Source of the DNA: Mobula hypostoma
Taxonomy: Eukaryota
Assembly: GCF_963921235.1 (NCBI RefSeq)
Contig: NC_086097.1
Span: 118,298,001 to 118,362,000 of the forward strand
DNA: 64,000 nucleotides
Direction of reading: 5' to 3'
Shown here: one piece after another, positions 38,357 to 50,970 of the stretch
How positions within the stretch are numbered: the stretch's first letter is position 1
Layout: the number at the start of each line of letters is the position of its first letter
Program-made: the position numbers and the translations under genes
The notes under the pieces: generated by a model
The model's input: the letters and a program-made list of their open reading frames with translations, nothing else
What the model was told of the DNA's origin: nothing
Database searches by the model: none

Positions 38357-40810
38357 ATGGATATTAACGGGTTTTTGGAGATGCCTGACTCGAGATCTTT
38401 AGAGAATGCAAGAAAACCTGAGGTATTGGCGATTGCTAGGGAGTTGGATGTTAAAGGTATTATGAGGAATTCCACCAAGGCTTTCATACAAAGAAAAATT
38501 GCTGGACATTATATTACTTTGAATTTATTTGATGAGGACGTGTTAGGTAAGTTTCCAGTGAGTAATCTGGAAATTCAGTTACATCTTGAACAAATAAAGT
38601 TAAAGCAATTAGAAGCTGATTTGGAAAAGAGTCAGTTAGAAGCTGTAAGTAAACAGAAGGAATTCGAGGCTATGGAGGCTATTAAATTAAGGGAATTTAA
38701 AGAAAGAGAAGCTGAAAACCAGAGGAAATTTGAGCTAGAGATGCAGAAATTAAAGTCCAGGAGTCAGTCTTCTGGTTCTACGAAACAGTTTATTGCTAGT
38801 CGTGAGGTTATTTTGGCTCCTCCATTTAGTGAAGATGATGTGGACACATATTTCCAACATTTTGAAACAGTTGCTCTGAGTTTAAAGTGGCCGAAAGACC
38901 AATGGCCGGTGATGTTACAAAGTGTAATTAAAGGCAAGGCACAACAAGTTTATACAGCTTTAAATGCTGAGCAAGCACTGGATTATGATATTGTTAAGCA
39001 GCACATATTAAAGGCATATGAGATGGTTCTGGAAGCTGTTACGAGAATACACATAAAATTAAGATGTTTGCTGGCCTGGGCTAGCATCAGTGGCATCAGC
39101 AGTTGGTCTGCCACCTGCCCTCAGGGGAAGGAGAGATAAGGAACAATGGAACAGCGTCTGGAGATGTGTAATGAAGGGACGTGGGAGAGAGAGAGCTGTC
39201 TGGAGCGGCTCCCCCCTTTGAACCCTGAACTGTTTGAAGTGATGGACAGGCGATGCCCCAGCAAGGGGATAAAAAGGGACAGGTTCGCTAAGACAGGGAC
39301 ACGCCACCCGAGGTAACGAGACCCTGGAAGCGGTGCGCCTCTCACGAGTGGGTGAGAAGTTCCAGACAACGCCCGGGGTGGAAAGGTACGATCAGCGGGA
39401 ACCCGGTGTGTGTCCGCCCTTGCCTGGGTGCCGGGTTCACTGCAGAGGATCGACCGCATCTGGAGGAGGGGTCACAGTCGGTGACCTCAGGTGACATCAC
39501 CAAGGACCCGCCCAAAAGCTGCTTGTGAGCCATCTCGCAGGTCTGTGAGTGAAGCAGTGTTCTGAATGACCAGTTGTTCCTGTTCTCTCTGTCTCTCTTC
39601 CCGCACGTTGTCCATCGCCATGGCAACGATTACTGCGAACTGAACTACTAACTGGACTGAACTTTGGTCATTTTGAAATTTGGTCATTTACCCCTAGACA
39701 ACGATAGAGCTTGATTGATGCTGTTATCTTAATGCTGTGCACATGTGTGTTTATCATCACTGAACTGTTGCATTTATTATCCTTTCGATTACTGTGTTGC
39801 TTGTTTCTTTAATAAAACTTTCTTAGTTCTAGTACTCCAGACTCCAACAGAGTGATCCATTTCTGCTGGTTTGGCAACCCAGTTACGGGGTACGTAACAA
39901 AGCATATAGAGAAAGATTCAGAAGTTTAAAGAAATCGGTGGAAAAAACGTATGTGGAATTTGCCTATGAGAAATCTGTGTGTTTTGAGTGATGGGTTTCC
40001 TCTAAAAATGTGAATGGGGAGTATAATTAATTAAAAGAGTTGATTTTGCAGGAAGAATTTAAAAGAAGCATTCCTGTTGAAGTGAGAACATACTTAAATG
40101 AAAGGGGCACTGCTACGTTGCAGGAGATTGCTAAACTGGCTGATGAGTATGTTTTAATTCACAAGAATAAATTTTCTCCAGGTAAAATTTTTAAAAGGAA
40201 AAACAGCACAGAGAGTCAAGGTAAACCAGAAATTAAATCTGAAGTTAGTGAGAAAAGTAAGGATGAAGGGAGACCTGTGAAGGAAAGACATTTTGGTATT
40301 ATTTGTAATTATTGTAAGAAACCTGGACATGTAATAGCTAATTGCTTCCAATTGAAACAGAAAGAGAAAGAAGTGATCCCAGATGCTTGTGTGCAGCATA
40401 TTGAAAAACCTGTAAAGCCACAGGGTTTAGAAAATATTAATGAAGATGTGTCAGGGTCTGACCAAGTTAAGAAGGGATGTGAAGCTTTTATAACAGAAGG
40501 ATTTGTATCCTTGGATGAAGAATCCAATGCAGTACCAATGAGAATACTTAGAGATACTGGAGCTTTGCAATCACTAATATTAGACAGTGTGCTAAAGTTT
40601 AGTGATGAGTCTGATATTGGTAAGGTAAATTATATAAGAGGAGTGGGGAGTGCCCTTATGCCCCTACATTTACATAGAGTAAATTTAAGGTCAGGATTAG
40701 TTGCAGGGGTTGTTAAAGTAGGACTACAATCCAGTTTACCTGTGAATGATGTTTCTCTTTTGTTACGGAATGATTTAGCAGGTGGACAAGTTTTATTGAA
40801 GTGTGTTTGA
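38357..40810 (+). pseudogene. gag: Gag + protease of element 2, split by a solo LTR
   Basis: YFQHFETVA..WPKDQW, YEMVLEA|YRERFR across the insertion, LILQEEF, CNYCKKPGHVIANC, LRDTGALQS. Confidence 0.9.
39037..39899 (+). mobile_element. Solo LTR related to element 1, TSD AAGC
   Basis: Reverse-complement homologue of 3092-3938; TG..CA ends; AAGC at 39033-39036 and 39900-39903; AATAAA at 39811. Confidence 0.95.
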
Positions 40811-42318
40811 CAATAAATTCAAATTATGAGGAACCACAGAGGGATTCTAACACAGATTCCTCCTGTGTTGTAACAAAAGCTATGGCTAAAAAGACTGATA
40901 TAAAGGATGAGGTTGTCACCCATGACAATTCAAGTCAAGATTCGAATTTTGAAGATATATCAGAAATTTTCTTACCTATAGTATTTGATCAGAATTTTGG
41001 TGGTAAATCTGACCAGGAAGATTTGTCTTTATCTCGGAAGGAAATGATAGCAGAGCAGGGTAGAGATTCTGAGATAGTTAAATTAAAAGAACAAGCTCTT
41101 CCAGATAGTGAAATTGAAAAAGTACCAGTAGGGTATTATTTTGAAAAGGGGGTATTAATGAGAAAGTGGAGATCGCCTACAATTCCTGCTAGTGAGGAAT
41201 GGGAAGTTAATCATCAGGTTGTTGTTCCTAAATATTACCGAAATGGGATTTTGTCTATGGCTCATAGTATTCCTTTGGGTGGTCATTTAGGGGTAAAGAA
41301 AACTATGAACAAAGTTTCTAAACATTTTTATTGGCCTAGTTTAAGACAAGATGTGGCGACATTTTGAAGAATGTGTCATACGTTTCAAATTGTTGGTAAA
41401 CCTAATCAGGTTACTCCAGTGGCTCCACTGCAACCAATTCCTGTATTTGGTGACTGTGTAGGTCCATTGCCAAAAATTAAAACTGGACATCAATATTTAT
41501 TAACTATTATGTACAAAGTGTCTAGGTTTCCAGAGGCAGTACCTCTTAGGAATATAACAGTCAAAACAGTGACAAAGGCTCTTATAAAATTCTTTACTTA
41601 TTTTGGTTTGCCTAAGGAAATACAATCAGATCAAGGTAGTAATTTTATGTCTGGGTTGTTTCAGCAGATAGTTTATAAACTGGGAGCAAAACAGATTATT
41701 TCCTCAGCCTATCATCCAGAATCACAAGGAGCCTTGGAGAGATTTCATTCTACACTAAAAACTATGATTAGGGCATATTGTGTAGAAAATGAAAAGGACT
41801 GGGATGAAGGTATAGATTTACTATTTTTTGCAGTAAGGGGGGCAGTACAGGAATCATTAGGTTTTAGTCCTTTTGAACTTGTGTTTGGACATAGAGTTCG
41901 AGGACCTTTGGCTTTGTTGAAGGAACAGTGGATTAATAAAGAAGTACACACTAGTTTGCTAGATTATGTTTTGAAATTTAAAGAAAGATTGTATAAAGCT
42001 TGTAGCTTAGCCAAGAAAAGTTTAAAGTTGGCTCAAGAGAAGATGAAGACGTGGTATGATAAGGAAGCTAGGATGAGGTCATTTAGGTCTGGAGATAAGG
42101 TGTTGGTTCTTCCCCCAGTGCAAACGAACCCATTACAAGCCAAATTCCATGGTCCTTATGAGATTAAATCTAAGGTAAATGATGTAGATTACATGGCAAA
42201 TACCCCAGATCGGAGAAAGACAGCACAACTGTGTCATATAAATATGATAAAACCGTATTATGAGAGAGAGGTTGCTACTATGACTGTTGTGATCAATAAT
42301 GAGTCTGATCTTGATTAA
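40801..42318 (+). pseudogene. Integrase (upstream of RT)
   Basis: AHSIPLGGHLG (HH), CHT, DCVGPLP, SDQGSNF, YHPESQGALER and GPY motif. Confidence 0.92.
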
Positions 42319-42611
42319 AGCTTACTGGAGGATTCATCTGAAACTCATTTTAAACCCAACATTATTTCAGCCAGGTTACCAAATTCAAAAATTCTGGAAA
42401 ATATTGATGAAAAATTAGCTCATTTACAGCCAGAGCAGAGACAGCAGATGAAACAGTTAATTTTTATGTATAGAAATTTATTTCCAGACGTCCCTAGAAG
42501 AACCACTGCAGCTACACATCATGTAGATGTTGGAGATGCAAAACCCATAAAACAACATCCATATCGAATGAACAGGGAAAAATGTGAACTTGCTGAACAG
42601 GAAATTAAGTA

Positions 42612-43161
42612 ACACACATAAAAGTTGCTGGTGAATGCAGCAGGCCAGGCAGCATCTGTAGGAAGAGGTGCAGTCGACGTTTCAGGCCGAGACCCTTCGT
42701 CAGGACTAACTGAAGGAAGAGTGAGTAAGGGATTTGAAAGTTGGAGGGGGAGGGGGAGATCCAAAATGATAGGAGAAGACAGGAGGGGGAGCGATGGAGC
42801 CAAGAGCTGGACAGGTGATAGGCAAAAGGGATACGAGAGGATAATGGGACAGGAGGTCCGGGAAGAAAGACAAAGGGGGGGGGACCCAGAGGATGGGCAA
42901 GGGGTATATTCAGAGGGACAGAGGGAGAAAAAGGAGAGTGAGAGAAAGAATGTGTGTATAAAAATAATTAACAGATGGGGTATGAGGGGGAGGTGGGGCA
43001 TTAGCGGAAGTTAGAGAAGTCGATGTTCATGCCATCAGGTTGGAGGCTACCCAGACGGAATATAAGGTGTTGTTCCTCCAACCTGAGTGTGGCTTCATCT
43101 CTACAGTAGAGGAGGCTGTAGATAGACATGTCAGAATGGGAATGGGATGTGGAATTAAAAT
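42612..43161 (-). mobile_element. Penelope 3' end with 12-bp TSD GGAAATTAAGTA
   Basis: TSD at 42600-42611 and 43162-43173; closely similar to about 32700-33215. Confidence 0.9.
42672..42707 (-). ncRNA. Minimal type I hammerhead ribozyme
   Basis: Same 36 nt as 32763-32798. Confidence 0.8.
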
Positions 43162-44018
43162 GGAAATTAAGTATATGTTAGAGAATGATATTATTAGACA
43201 TTCTAATTCGAATTGGAATTCATAGTGTGTTATGGTGCCTAAGCCAGACCATAGTATTAGGTTTTGTACGGATGACAGAAAGGTGAATGCTGTGAGAAAA
43301 ACTGATGCATGTCCAATCCCTGGGGTAGATGATTGTGTGGATAAAGTTGGACAGGCCAAATTCCTTATAAAAATTGATTTGTTGAAAGGTTATTGGTGTT
43401 TTCCATTGACGGATAGAGGTAGAGAGATTTCAGCATTTTTAACCCCATCTGGGTTGTATGAATATAATGTTCTTACACTTGGGATGAAGAATGCACCAGG
43501 TACTTTTCAGAAGATGATTAATAGCACGATTCAGGGATTAAAAATACAGATGCCTGTATTGATGATTTGGTTACAGGGAATAATACGTAGAAAGCATATA
43601 TTATGGCAGTGGAGAAATTATTTGAGAGACTTTCAAAAGCTAACTTAACTATTAACTTAGCTGAAAGTGAATTTGGTCATGCCGCTGTGACAGTTAAAGA
43701 AAAGGGTTAAGGAAATTAGACTCCAATTTAATAACACAGTCTAATGTTACAGGAGTACAATATTTTGAACACTCATATTAAGGGTAAAGACAATGTGATC
43801 ACTGATTGTTTGTCTAGTTGTTAAATGTACAACAAAAATTTGTTTTTTTGGAGTGATATTTTAACATTTGTAACACTCCTACTGTACATTAGTTTGTAAA
43901 GGGCTAAAAGATAAGATTGTATATATTGTGTATTTTGTAAATTTTATACCTTTGTATCTTTTTGTATAAATTGTTAAAATTTTGTTCTTTAAGAGACAAA
44001 TTTTTTTTTGGGTGGAGG

Positions 44019-44873
44019 TGTTACATGCTCAAGGAGATCTGTTTTTTTTGTGAGAATGATGTAATGGTCTTTTGGAGGTCACCTGATGTGATTTTTCTGC
44101 CGATGTGAGGTCACATGATGACATGTGCCCCATGGCTATATCAGGGTCAACCCAGGTGACGCAGTTGGTTTTTTAGTTTGTAGATTTCCAGGTAGAATGT
44201 GCTGTCTCCATTTCTATTGTGTGTTTGTTTTTGTGATGCAGTTTCATTTTTAAAACAGTTGTGCATTCTGTTGCAAGATACCATATTACTGGACTGGAAA
44301 TTTTTGCTAGATGTGTTGATTTACTCAATTCCAACAGTAGAAAGGAGAGTGAAGACTTTATCGAGGTACAGGATCGAAGGATCGAGAGGTGTCGACATCA
44401 TTTGGCAGTTTAATAAAGGATTGACCTTATTGAGTTTTCATTGGAGGAGTACGACCTGCATTGAGACAACTCTTGCCAAAAAGAGCAAGGAGTTCATGCA
44501 ACGGATTGCTCTCTCTCTAAAAGAATTTAAGGTCAGTTGTTTTAAACTGTTTATTTTCGGCATCGTGAATCCTGTGGACAGAACCAGCAGGAAAGTCGCG
44601 TCTGTGAAGAAATCCTTCTCCAGAGAAGTCTCTCCCAATTGAACGTGTAAATCTGTTGGACTTTCGAAGTTATCACTTTAAGAACTGTTTTCGCATTTAA
44701 CGCTTTAAGAACCAGTGCTGAGTAACGAGGTGTTGAATGGCTGCATATCGGTTAACTTCAAGTTAAAGTTTTCATTTGTTTTTTTCATTATCGTTTATCT
44801 GTGTTTAATAAATGTTTGGTTGTTTTTATATAACCTGTCTTGGTTGATATGCATTGTTGCCGTTTTCATAACA
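44019..44873 (+). repeat. 3' LTR of element 2
   Basis: Direct repeat of 37342-38226, preceded by PPT-like GGGTGGAGG (44010-44018). Confidence 0.95.
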
Positions 44874-45647
44874 GTACTTATCCAAACTTCTCTTAAATGA
44901 TGAAATCGAACCTGATTCAATGGCAGCTCCTTCCACACTCTCACCACCCTCTGATTAACTATCCGCTTATGTTCCCCTTAAGCAGTTCACTTCTCCCCCT
45001 TAACCCATGACCTCTTGTTCTCATCTCACCCAACCTCAGTGGAAAAAGCATGCTTCCATTTACTCTATCTATACCCCTAATTATTTTGTATAATTCTGTC
45101 GAATCTTCCCTCATTCTCCTACGCCCCAGAGAATCATGTCCTCACCTCTTCAGTCTTCCCTAATTGTTTTTTCTGCCCTTCGACTGCCTGAACTTTAAGC
45201 TCAAGTAATGGCATCTCTCAAGAAAAAAAAATCAATTGACACATTAATAAGTGAATTTATTTGTCATGATTTGTCTTAGATCAAGAAATATTAACTGCTG
45301 AGTGATTTTTAAAAATTGTAGGTATGATTTCCTTGCTTTGCTGGTTTGTGAATGGAAGCTTAGCAAATAACTTGCAAGGTTTGACAAGTCTTCTACTGAT
45401 TAGTTAGACCTCATCTTACAAGTCATACAACCTTCGATACAATGAATGAGGTAACTCATTATTAAGTGTACATATAAACAAAAGTCTCAGCCAATTATTT
45501 ATTTTCAGACGACATGTAATGATCTAAGTGTGGACTCGTTGAACCATACAGCTTCTGAGGTCACACTTTCAGATGTGATGCAAGTAACATATACATCAAG
45601 TAGCATGCAAGTAATGAATACATCAAATATGATGGCATTGTGAAATA

Positions 45648-46883
45648 CACTTCATGACCACTTTATTTGGTACACTTGTACACCTGCTAGTGAATGCAAA
45701 TATCTAATCAGCCAATCATGTAGCAGCAATTCAAAGAGTAAAAGCGTGCAGACATGGTCAAGAGGTTCAGTTGTTATTCAGATCAGACCTCAGAATGCGG
45801 AAGAAGTGTGACTTCAGTGAGTTTGAACGTGGAATGGTTGTTGGTAGCAGATGGGGTGGTTGGAGTATCTCAATAACCGTTGATCTCTTTGAGATTTTTA
45901 CACACAACTGGCTGTAGAGATTACAGATAATAGTGCAAAAAATAATAAAAACATTCAGTGAGCAGCAATTAATGAGTAAAGTCAGAAGAGAGTGGCCATA
46001 CTGATTCAAGCTAGCAGAAAGATGACACTTGCTCAAATAATCACGCATTGCAACAATGGTGTGCAGAGGAGCATCCCTGAGGCTACGTCCACACTAGACC
46101 GGATAATTTTGAAAATGCCAGTTTCATGTAAAAATGATACGCGTCCACACTAGGCATTTTTGAAAATACCTCCATCCACATTAAAACAGGTATTTGGGCG
46201 AATCGCCTTCTACTGGACATGCGCAGGACACATCTACAGAAAACAAGCGAAGAGGAAACGGTATACTTGGTGTGTGTTCGTCTAGTTACAGACTAGAAAA
46301 TCTTAGAAGGAAATTGCCAAATGACGGACAGATGTTGGCTCTCATGCAGGAGGACTTAAAACTAAAAAAAAAACAAATACTGGAGTGTATGGAGGCAAAC
46401 GACAGGGACAGTATGACCTGGCTGACGACGAACATCAAAAAACTGCCACAATATCAGCCTCACAATCACTACAATCGCTACACATACGGACACACAGACC
46501 CCTCAGGTGGCCCCCCCAACATTTTCCCAACTCCCACAGAGGGGTCACCCTGGAAACATTTCCTACATCACCGATGAAAGGGACAACAGGTTTTTCAAAA
46601 GCTCTAGTTACTCCATACACACTACAACACCCAGCCGGCATTTTCAGATTTAAACACTCCGGAGAGTGTTTTAGAAAAGCTCTATTTTCGGGGGAGGGAA
46701 ACGCCGTTTCAGTGTGGATGGAGGGTCAAAACGAAGAGAAAAAGCTCCAGTTACAGATTTATATGGTCTAGTGTGGACGTAGCCTGAATGCACAACAATT
46801 TGAACCTTGAAGTAGATGGGCTACAGTAGCAGAACACCACAAGCATACAGTCAGGAGGCACCTAATAAAGTGGCCACTGAATG
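45648..46883. mobile_element. Tc1-derived non-autonomous element
   Basis: TA-flanked imperfect TIRs CAC..GACCACTTTATT / AATAAAGTGGCCACTGAATG; N-terminal transposase remnant (CDFSEFERGMVVG). Confidence 0.75.
46081..46784 (+). mobile_element. PIF/Harbinger-like non-autonomous transposon
   Basis: Perfect 20-bp TIR GGCTACGTCCACACTAGACC / GGTCTAGTGTGGACGTAGCC; 3-bp TSD TGA. Confidence 0.85.
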
Positions 46884-47319
46884 TAGGTTAAAATGCTCAA
46901 GTCATTTTGTGTTGATTACCTGATTCTGTATGATGTAACAGTAAGAAATTGAGCCCTCTAATTTAATGTCCTAAAATATAATATTTGGAATTCTTTACAG
47001 CTTAATACTTTGACTTTATAAGATCTATTATAATCCACTGGAGCATTCACAAAAATGATATTATGCACCATACAATGACCAGGTAGAAATGTGACTTCCT
47101 CACAAGCAACAAATTGTCTGCCACTTTCATTGAGAGTTAGTGGCTCTTACTAAAATCCTGCTCTCATATTTCACAACGAGAGTGGATAAACATGTATGGG
47201 AAATGAAATTATACAGATGGAGGGAAAATGTTTCATTGCTTCAATGGTAGCTAGGCAAGAAATGCGATAATGCTATGAGTCAGAAGCCTAGGTAATATTA
47301 GAAAGAGAGAGGAGGAAAA

Positions 47320-47332
47320 AGGGAGAGACAAC

Positions 47333-47369
<37 letters not shown>
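47320..47369. repeat. (GA)n microsatellite
   Basis: Seen directly. Confidence 0.9.
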
Positions 47370-48066
47370 TGTCTGTGTGAATGAAAAAGAGAAACACTTA
47401 AATCTACATTATATGAATATCAGCAAAACATAATGATGGTTTTGATTTTTTAATAAGATGCATGAATTATATTTCTTTCTTGGTTGGTAAATTAGAAGCA
47501 TATTAGAAGCCTAGAGATTAAAAATAAAGACCTTTAAGGTATAAAGTATAACTTCTTCAGGAGTAAAATGTACATTAAATTTTGGATGGCTAAGCTCAAA
47601 GAATGAAACAAAAATTGAGGGAAAAGGGGTTTTAAATATACAGTACATATTTCCTGCATCAAATTGTTCATTAGTGAATTCCTGCCAAAACCGTTTGCTG
47701 GTTAGCTGTGGAAAACACCCGGAAAATTCATCACTGTAATTAAATATCAAGTTGACACTAATCTGACTCAGATGATTTTCTGTTTCATTCCCAGTTTTAT
47801 ATATAATTCTTGCTGTTTATAGAAAAGTACATCAGCAGAGACCTTTCAACAAGGTCTTTTAGGTCCACTGCTGCTTCCTGATGGAAATGGCATGTCTGCG
47901 GTAGGTAGTACTTTGATGCATTATTAATTTCCTGAAGGATCTAAAGTCAAAGAGAAAGAGAAAGAGATGAGTTCTGACCTAGGCCAAATATTACATCATT
48001 ATGCGGCTAATTCATTCCCTGAAATCATGTTTTCCTTTGGCAAATTTGGAGAATGCAGTAACATAT

Positions 48067-48440
48067 GCTCAATGGCCATTACATTAGATTACCTAGTAAA
48101 ATGGCCACTGAGTGAATGCTCATGATCTTCTGCTGCTGTAGTCTATCCACTTTAAGGTTTGACATGTTGTGCATTCAGAGATTTTCTTCTGCACTGTTAT
48201 GGCATGTGGTTATTTGAGTTACTGTCACCTTTCTGTCAGCTTGAACCATACTGGCCATTCTCCTCTGACCTCTTTCATTAAAAAAAGCATTATTGCCCAC
48301 AGAACTGATGCTCACTGGATGTCTTTTTTTCTGTTTTGCAGACCATTCTCTGTAAACTCTAGAGAATGTTGTGTGTGAAAATTCCTGGAGGTCAGCAGTT
48401 TCTAAGATATTCAAACCTCCTTGTTTGGTATCAACAATCA
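48067..48440. mobile_element. Tc1-derived element fragment
   Basis: Reverse homologue of about 45840-46880. Confidence 0.7.
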
Positions 48441-48589
48441 TTGGTTAATTAGTCATATGGTTGTAACTGGGCAGCATGGGCCCATTGGACCAGCAGGGCC
48501 CGTTATCATGCTGCAATCCCTAAATAAAAGTAAATAATTGACATGAAGCTGAGTTTCAACCTCAGTTCTTTGTATCAATAAGATGGTCT

Positions 48590-48865
48590 ATTTCATGAAC
48601 AAAAGGGGATAACTACACTCATCCTATTTCTGGTGCTCCTACAACCAATGGTCTCACTTTAAGGACTCTTCATCTTGTTATTTCATGCTCTCGTTATTTA
48701 TTGTTATTTACTTATATTTGTATTTGCACATTTTGTTGTTAATTGATCTTGTTCACAGTTAATATCCTAGAGATTTATTAAGTGTGCCTGCAGGAAAAAG
48801 AATCTCAGGGTTGTATGTGGTGACACGATATTAAATTTAACTGTGAACTTTGAACTTTGACCTTT
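48590..48865 (+). mobile_element. Rex1 3' UTR fragment
   Basis: GAATCTCAGGGTTGTATGTGGTGAC..(TTGAACT)n tail. Confidence 0.6.
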
Positions 48866-49359
48866 GAAATCATCCAGTTCCATTCCAGTGTCCGTTCAGT
48901 GGCTTCTGAAGCTCCCATCTCTGTCTTTGTTACTTCTTGATGAATATTCCAAAGTATTTCCTGGCAGTCTCATTCTGCTGCCCATCACTTGCCTCACACC
49001 ATTCATTAATCACTCCTTAAAAAGCATGAATCATTGCTTTCAAATACTGGCATGTTCTCAGCCCCCCTTATTCCTGTGAGTTCCTCCAGTTCTCTGTACG
49101 TCGCAGCAAGCACACCTCCTCGGCTGGCCATGAACTAACTCTCTATTTGGAAGTCGCAATTTTGGCTTACCAAGGTCTGTGGATTCTGAAAAATGGGCAC
49201 CTTATTTTCACTTGATTTCCCCCTTTGAAATATTGTTTATTAGCAAATATTTGATTCCTAATTTTACCACTTTCGTGTTTGGTTTAGCATTGATTTATTA
49301 TAGAGTCATAGAACACTACAGCACAGAAATAGGCCATTTGGCTCATCTAGTCCATGATA

Positions 49360-50182
49360 GGGAGGAGACGATGGCAGCTAATGGCAACTCCTTTGCTTGC
49401 ATCTTCAGAAACAGCTCTATTTCCATCTTTAGTATCTACTTTTCCCTTTCAGGGTTCTTTTCAAGACCCTGATCTGGAGTTACAGACTGATTTTGGTTCT
49501 TTGCAGTAATGGGACTCGGTCTCGGGGTTTCACGACTGGCCGTTATTCAACATGCCGAGGATGCAGCCTAACAGCTTTGCTCGCTTTCGGGGGTCCAAGA
49601 TCTCGTGGCTCTGGAGACAGGTAGACCGAAAGTCAGTGTCTCTGCTGGAATCCGGTGTGTCGTGGGAGCCCGAAGATCGAAAGCAGCGAGCTGGCTGCTG
49701 GCTGTGTGCCCGGAGACCCGAGTTCTTTGTGCACAGAGCTCAGAAGAAGCGACAAAATGGACTTTTAACATCTTAAATCAGAAAGTTGATTGTTATGTCT
49801 CCCCTCTTGCTGTGAAACGATGACACCTCTTTTTCCTTTATTAGGGAGAGAGAGAGACTGTGGTATGTCAAATACCACGTGAACAAGTAGTCTTTGGGGT
49901 ACTGCAAGTCTGTGTCTTTGCTGTTGCTTTGCTGCACGCTTGATTGCTCATTGATGGGTGCTGATGCTTTTTTTTGCTGGTGGGCAGGGGGGTTCATTGC
50001 TGTACTGCTGCTTATGTGTGGGAGGGGGAGCTGGTGGGGGTTTGGGTTCTAACATTTAACCGTCTTTCATTCTTTGGGGGCACTCTGCTTTTGTGGATGG
50101 TTGTGAAGAAAAAGTATTTCAGGATGTATATTGTATACATTCCTCTGACATTAAATGTACCTTTGAAATCTTTGAAACCTTT
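49360..50182 (+). repeat. Unclassified non-coding retroposon inside the CR1 tail
   Basis: CpG-richer head; ends ATTAAATGTAC(CTTTGAAA)n; CR1 sequence resumes on both sides. Confidence 0.55.
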
Positions 50183-50749
50183 GATGAATGATTATTCTGC
50201 CTCGTCCCATCGACCTGCACCCAGACCATGCACTCCATACCCCTCCCATCCATATAACTATCCAAATTTCTCTTAAATGTTGAAATCAAATCTGCATCCA
50301 TCATTTCCGCTGGCAGCTTATTCCACACTTTCACTACCCTCTGAGCAAAGGCATTTCCCCTCAGGTTCCCCTTAAACATTTTACCATTCACCATCAAACC
50401 ATGACCTTTAGTTCTAGTCTCACCTAATTTCGGCGGGAAAGTCATGTTTTCATTTACCCTATCTATAACCTTCATAATTTTGTATACCTCTATCAAATCT
50501 CCCCTCATTCTTCTATGATCCAGGGAGTGAAGTCCAAACGTGTTCAACCTTTCCCTATAACTCATGTCCTCAGGAACTGGCAGTATCCTTTTCAGTTTTC
50601 TTTTTTCAATTTTATTGACTTCTTTCTTGTTAGTAGCTGACCAAAACTGCATAAAATTGTCCAAATTAGGCCTCACCAATGTCTTAAACAACTGGAACAT
50701 AGCATCCTTACTTCTGTACTCAATGCCCTGGTTTGCCACGGACAATGTG

Positions 50750-50970
50750 CCAAAAGACCCTGTCTTCTAGCGACACACACAAAATGCTGAAAGAACTCAG
50801 CGGGCCAGGCAGCATCTATGGAAAGAAAAAGAGTACAGTCGACATTTTGAGCCAAGACCTTTTGAAGTCCCGCCAAAGAGTCTTGGAACATCGATTCTAC
50901 TCTTTTCCCCCAGCAATCTGTGTGTGTTGCTTGGATCTCCAGTATCTGCAGATTTTCTCTTGTCTATTTT
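50750..50970. mobile_element. Inverted Penelope pLTR pair
   Basis: CACACAAAATGCTG..GCAGCATCTATGG then reverse ..TGTGTGTTGCTTGGATCTCCAGTATCTGCAG. Confidence 0.7.

Larger units (their letters stand above)
42320..43825 (+). pseudogene. Reverse transcriptase and truncated RNase H
   Basis: PIKQHPYRM, VPKPD..IRFCTD.RKVN, KIDLLKGYW, GMKNAPGTFQ, CIDD (shifted frame), HIKGKDNVITDCLS; interrupted by a Penelope insert. Confidence 0.88.
37342..44873 (+). mobile_element. Gmr1-like LTR retrotransposon (gag-PR-IN-RT), decayed
   Basis: LTRs 37342-38226 and 44019-44873 (TG..CA); TSD GTAC (37338-37341 and 44874-44877); inserted in a reverse CR1 3' tail (about 37200-37341 and 44874-45160). Confidence 0.95.

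Noticed and set aside
42519..43359. Overlapping ORFs inside the Gmr1 RT as an extra gene
   Set aside because: They are purine/pyrimidine-rich frames of the inserted Penelope 3' UTR
37529..44642. Duplicated ORFs 37529-37894 and 44199-44642 as possible env or accessory genes
   Set aside because: They lie within the LTRs of element 2 and their frames differ by an indel
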